Part shown: piece by piece, positions 59,924 to 64,000 of the stretch
Numbering within the stretch: the stretch's first letter is position 1
Layout: every line of letters starts with the position of its first letter
NCBI GenBank assembly: GCA_946965045.2
Contig: OX337231.1
Coordinates: 3,472,001 to 3,536,000 of the forward strand
DNA: 64,000 nucleotides
From: Epithemia pelagica
Lineage: Eukaryota > Protista > Bacillariophyta
Direction of reading: 5' to 3'
Translations under genes and position numbers: made by a program
Notes under the pieces: generated by a model
What the model was told of the DNA's origin: nothing
Database searches by the model: none
Seen by the model: the letters and a program-made list of their open reading frames with translations, nothing else

Positions 59924-60875
59924 TGAAACATGGTATATCCTTTTGAGGCCCTGTGTCCAGGGAATGTGTTTTCGAGGTCTGAAATCGAGTTTCGAGTTTT
60001 GAGGTGGGGCTCTGTCCCTACCTTGAAACAACGATCTGGATGTACGTGTCCAGGTAAAAACTGTATTTTCGAGTTTCGAGTTTTATTTTTCAATACTCGT
60101 GCACTCCCATGCTTCCCCCCTACCGGCGCATGAACGAGCACAACGGCAATTGACAATGACGACAAACAAATGTCGCTTGAGTACTCCTAATTCCTAATAT
60201 CACATTGCATAACGGGAGAAGGTAGAATATTTGTAGAGCCCGTCCATGGAGCAGGATGCGGGCTTTGTTCCGTAACCATGTCATCTATGGAGAGATGAGA
60301 ACTATTTGCTTTTGACCATTGACAGTGGTTGTGACCATTACTTCCATGGCAGCGACAGGTTAATAATACTTGCTTATTTTCTAGAGAAGCTCCTACTTAT
60401 ATCACATCAATCATTGTGCTACTATTGTACTATTGTCTATGATGGACAAGAGAGATTGCCTCGTTGTTGTTGTCGGAGAGATCGAAATGAGAGACAGAGA
60501 GCCCGGCGGCTGAAAGGTGGGTTTTGTAGGAGCGCGTGGGGCTCTTTGCAAACCTCGAAACTCGAAACTCGATTTCAGAATCTTGGCAAGGTCGTTGGGG
60601 GATTGCCAAGATTTGGGGGATTCGAGGTTGTGTTTTCGAGTTTTCAAGGGGACCATAACCTATTAGCTCAACCTCGAAACTCGAAACTCGATTTCAGAAC
60701 TCAAAAACACATTCCCTGGACACAGGCCCTGAGTGTCACATCTTGAGAAATCCAAAGGCGTTGATGGGTCGCGGATAGCGGAGAGATCCAAGATACCACT
60801 ACCTATCAGATAAAAATGGATAATTGCTTATACATTTTAATTTATATCAATTCCAAACCGATAGAGATTGTGACA
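59924..60875 (-). repeat. Probable 3' LTR of the second Copia, split by the Harbinger MITE
   Basis: On the minus strand a purine-rich tract (GATTGGAGGGACC) precedes TGTCACA at 60875. Removing the MITE continues the sequence to ...TGTTTCA at 59924. No 5' LTR is available in the window to confirm. Confidence 0.45.
59947..60729. mobile_element. PIF/Harbinger (Tourist-like) MITE
   Basis: TIRs of about 55 bp begin GG(C/G)CCTGTGTCCAGGGAATGTGTTT. 3-bp TSD TGA (59944-59946, 60730-60732). Internal CTCGAAACTCGAAACTCG repeats. Confidence 0.8.
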
Positions 60876-61151
60876 GGTCCCTCCAATCTATGGACCATGA
60901 CCAGGCGAATAAAACACGCCGTACAACACGGTAAACTCACAGGTTAGGGTGCAACTCAGGATTTCATGCAAAAGAGTGACCGCTAAGGCCAAGGTTCTAG
61001 GATAAAGGTTATCGCTAAAGAGGTGCAGACTCAGGCCCGCCAATAAGCGCCAGCCGCACCATCTAACTGTCGCACACGTGCCACGGTGGATTTCATTCGG
61101 TCCCCTCGAAGATATGAGATCTGCATTCTCATAAATTTGCCCCGATGTCAT

Positions 61152-64000
61152 TCAGTAAGTGAACCGCTTCAATAAGAAATCCCTCCTTTCATCCGGCAAC
61201 GGCTTTGTGAACAAGTCCGACAAGTTCGTTGTCGTTCCTTCCTTGGCCACTCTCATGGTCCTCGCTGCCACGGCCTCTCTGGCCCTGTGGTAACAAATTG
61301 ATGTATGCTTCTTCTTTAATGTCGAATCCGGAATCGATGCATTCTTGAAGACTGCCTCGTTGTCGCAAAAAACATTCGTTGGCCCCTCGATCGGGATACC
61401 AAACATTCTCAACTTGTATCGCAACCCTTCGATGTGCTCCACGGCGGTCCGCATTGCTATGAATTCACTCCCGAACGTACTGGTTTCGACGGTATTCTGC
61501 CGTTTGCTATACCAGATGATCGGTGCCCAATTTACAAACATCAATAAACCAGTTTGCGACCTGCGAGTGACTTTGTTGCTCGCATGATCCGCATCCACGA
61601 AGCAATGGGTTGATACTGAATGCCCGCGCGGTTCTGGCATGTCAGGTGGAATAGGTTCCTTCGCATCACGATAAAAGTCATACCAGTCATATTCTGCAAA
61701 TGATCGCTCATCAATATCCGGATGACTTGGGTCAAAGAACAATCTGCGCTTTGGATTAGCTTTCAAGTACCCGAACATTGCATACGCCTGTTGCAAATGC
61801 CCCTCTCGTGGCACAGATAGGTGTGTCGATAACATGGAGGTCTCGAGCAATATATCGACACGTCCCAGCTCTACTGCCCAACGCAATATGCCGATCAGTT
61901 CCTGAAACTTTTGAATCCCGTCGGCTTTGAGCTCTGGACTTGTATCATTCTCTGGACGATACCCGTAAGTGAAGGCGTCTTGCACTTGGTGGGTAGTCTC
62001 TGCCCGCTCTCTGCTAACTGCTTCTCGATATTCTCCAAAGCGGCCTTAACATACTTCTCCGAGGAGATATACCATCCATTTATACCGTCGAAATCCATCT
62101 CTCCAAGCTGAGCACCAAGATACATGTCCGGCGGCTCTATCTTATCATCTTTCAACTTGAATACGGCCTGGACACGCTGCAACACTCGCTTCGAGTCGTG
62201 TGAGATAGCCAATAGGTCGTCCACATAGCATAGAACGTATTCGTAATACTTAAACCCATCTGGTTTCACCGCTGGTCTCATCCAGAAGTCAGGGTCTGCT
62301 TTAGACGGCTTGAATCCTATGTCATAAAGCGTTTCAGCTAGGTGGGCCCGAAATGCCGCACCGCTGGATTTCAGCCCGTACAGAGCCTTCTTGATAATCA
62401 TGATGGATCCTTCCTCGGACCCTAGCTCAGGTCCAGCCCTGAACCAGATCTTCTCTCGACAATCCGCCGTCAGATAGGCATTCTGGATGTCACATGCTGA
62501 TACGTTTAGGTCGTTAAGTGCTGCAATGAGGAGGGCAATTCGAACGGAGTCACGGGATACCACTGAGGAATACGTCAACGAGGTTGGCGTCTCAGTCAGA
62601 TGTCCCCCTGCCACAAATCTCGCTTTTCTTCGGAAGTTCTCTCCCATTTTTACGTCGAAGACGATATGGCACTTAATTTCTTGATAACCGATCGGGATGT
62701 CCCCTTGAGATTTCTCCCAGATCTCGAAACCTGGTCGCACATTCCGCATCTCTTTACAGATCGCATCCCACCATAAGGTGTTGCCATTTTTTCTGTCCAA
62801 CTCCTTGGCTTCCTCGACGGACTTGGGTATCCTGATCCCAAACTTATGGGTTCTTAACCAATATTTTGACTTCAACTTTGCGATGATGCGGTTCCGCTTC
62901 TTCAGCACCTTTGGAACCCACCACGCGAAAGCAGGCTCCATAGAGATTTTGGATGCCACAGCGTATTCTGACACCTGCACAGGGTACGACTCCTTGATGT
63001 CTTTCAAGGCAATCCAGTTGGTTGACCCGTCTTTCCACTGAACCAACAATTCCCAGCCTACCGTGGTCTCTCGTCGGCGCTGGTTGCCGTTTCGTAGCGT
63101 GACAAAGGCGTCCTGTTGCTTCACTTCTTGCCCATTCGTCCGATGATCGATAATCTCATCTAACAGGACTTGCCGATGACCATCGTCATCGATTTGGGAA
63201 AACAAGTTCTCGGCAATATGATTGGCTGCAAGTGCTGCCTTGGTCCCATCCTGATACTCCACTTCATACATGCGGGTGTCTAGTATCGGGTTGTCATGCG
63301 CCGTGCCGATGGGTAAACCATCCTTATCTCGTAGCCTTTTGGTGACTCGTGCTAACATGGGATGCGTTTCGTCCCCTTTCGGGATTGCCACTTCCATGTT
63401 CACGTAAGTGTCGTTGAAGACCTCCGGGGTGAACTCCTCATCGGCCTCCTTGACCTCATCATTGGACACAACTTCATGAAACTCAGCATGGAAGTCCGGG
63501 TCATGATCGAGAGGCGGGAGATCCCAGTCATTCGGTGTGGTTTTGCCGCCGTCGACAATGAAATGGGCGGAATCATGCAGTTTCTCCTTGATCCCTTGAT
63601 CAAACTCATTGCAACGACGAACTGTACTTGCTTCTTGTTGTTCAAGGGTAGTAACTCTAGTGACGGTAGTTCGGGAAACTACCCGGCCTTGCTCTGTCAG
63701 TATCCAGTAGGACATCAAGCTACCCACTCTATGGGCTACACCTAGCCATCGACCGAGTCTTGTCGTGCCAAGGCCGGCGTTGTCGTTGTACCAACACCAA
63801 TCATAGAAGGTGAAATCGAGGTACTCAGATATGTCGGGTGTCTCACCAGTCAGACGTTCTAGACTCGTGCGCCCGTCCAAGTCCCCTGACATGCGTGCAG
63901 TCCTCTGCATGGTCTCGCAGACCCAACGAATCCCGTAGTCCCAAAGTCTTCGGGGAACCCGCTGTTTGTGCATGACTCGGAACCAACGCTTGCGGATTTC
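61152..64000 (-). mobile_element. pol: Second Copia element: integrase end, RT and RNase H; continues past the window end; 1-nt frameshift near 61975
   Basis: RKARFVAGGH, DIQNAY, KALYGLKSSGA, YVDDLL, FVDADHAS, ETSTFGSEF, CDN. KCKTP|FTYGYRP is split across two frames. Confidence 0.93.

Overview
Eukaryotic DNA, most likely from a diatom: short GT-AG introns, an ASAFAP-type bipartite plastid presequence, DUF6824 proteins, and CoDi-like Copia and Ambal-like LINE elements. The species cannot be determined from this window. 0.7-11.2 kb holds four tandem ankyrin-repeat paralogs sharing a phase-0 intron. 12.5-21.5 kb holds three predicted plastid-targeted genes and a type II NADH dehydrogenase; the plastid genes are a SnoaL-like x2 / coiled-coil / PyShell-like fusion, a small single-TM peptide, and a rubredoxin with an in-frame TAG. 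22-33 kb holds a broken 5'-nucleotidase-like/class C GPCR gene, a class III aminotransferase, a FAM20/four-jointed-like kinase and a Kelch protein. A full-length Copia (33699-40715; apparently identical LTRs, GGCGC TSD) has inserted two codons before the stop of a DUF6824 gene. A three-layer nest follows at 44.5-50.6 kb: a hAT element containing a LINE, with a piggyBac-like element at its right junction. The rest is eIF4G, an O-fucosyltransferase-like gene, a decayed 1,3-beta-glucan synthase, a Harbinger-type MITE, and a second Copia that runs off the right end. The best candidate for new biology is the plastid-targeted NTF2/SnoaL-coiled-coil-PyShell-like fusion. All family assignments come from motif recognition by eye, not database searches.
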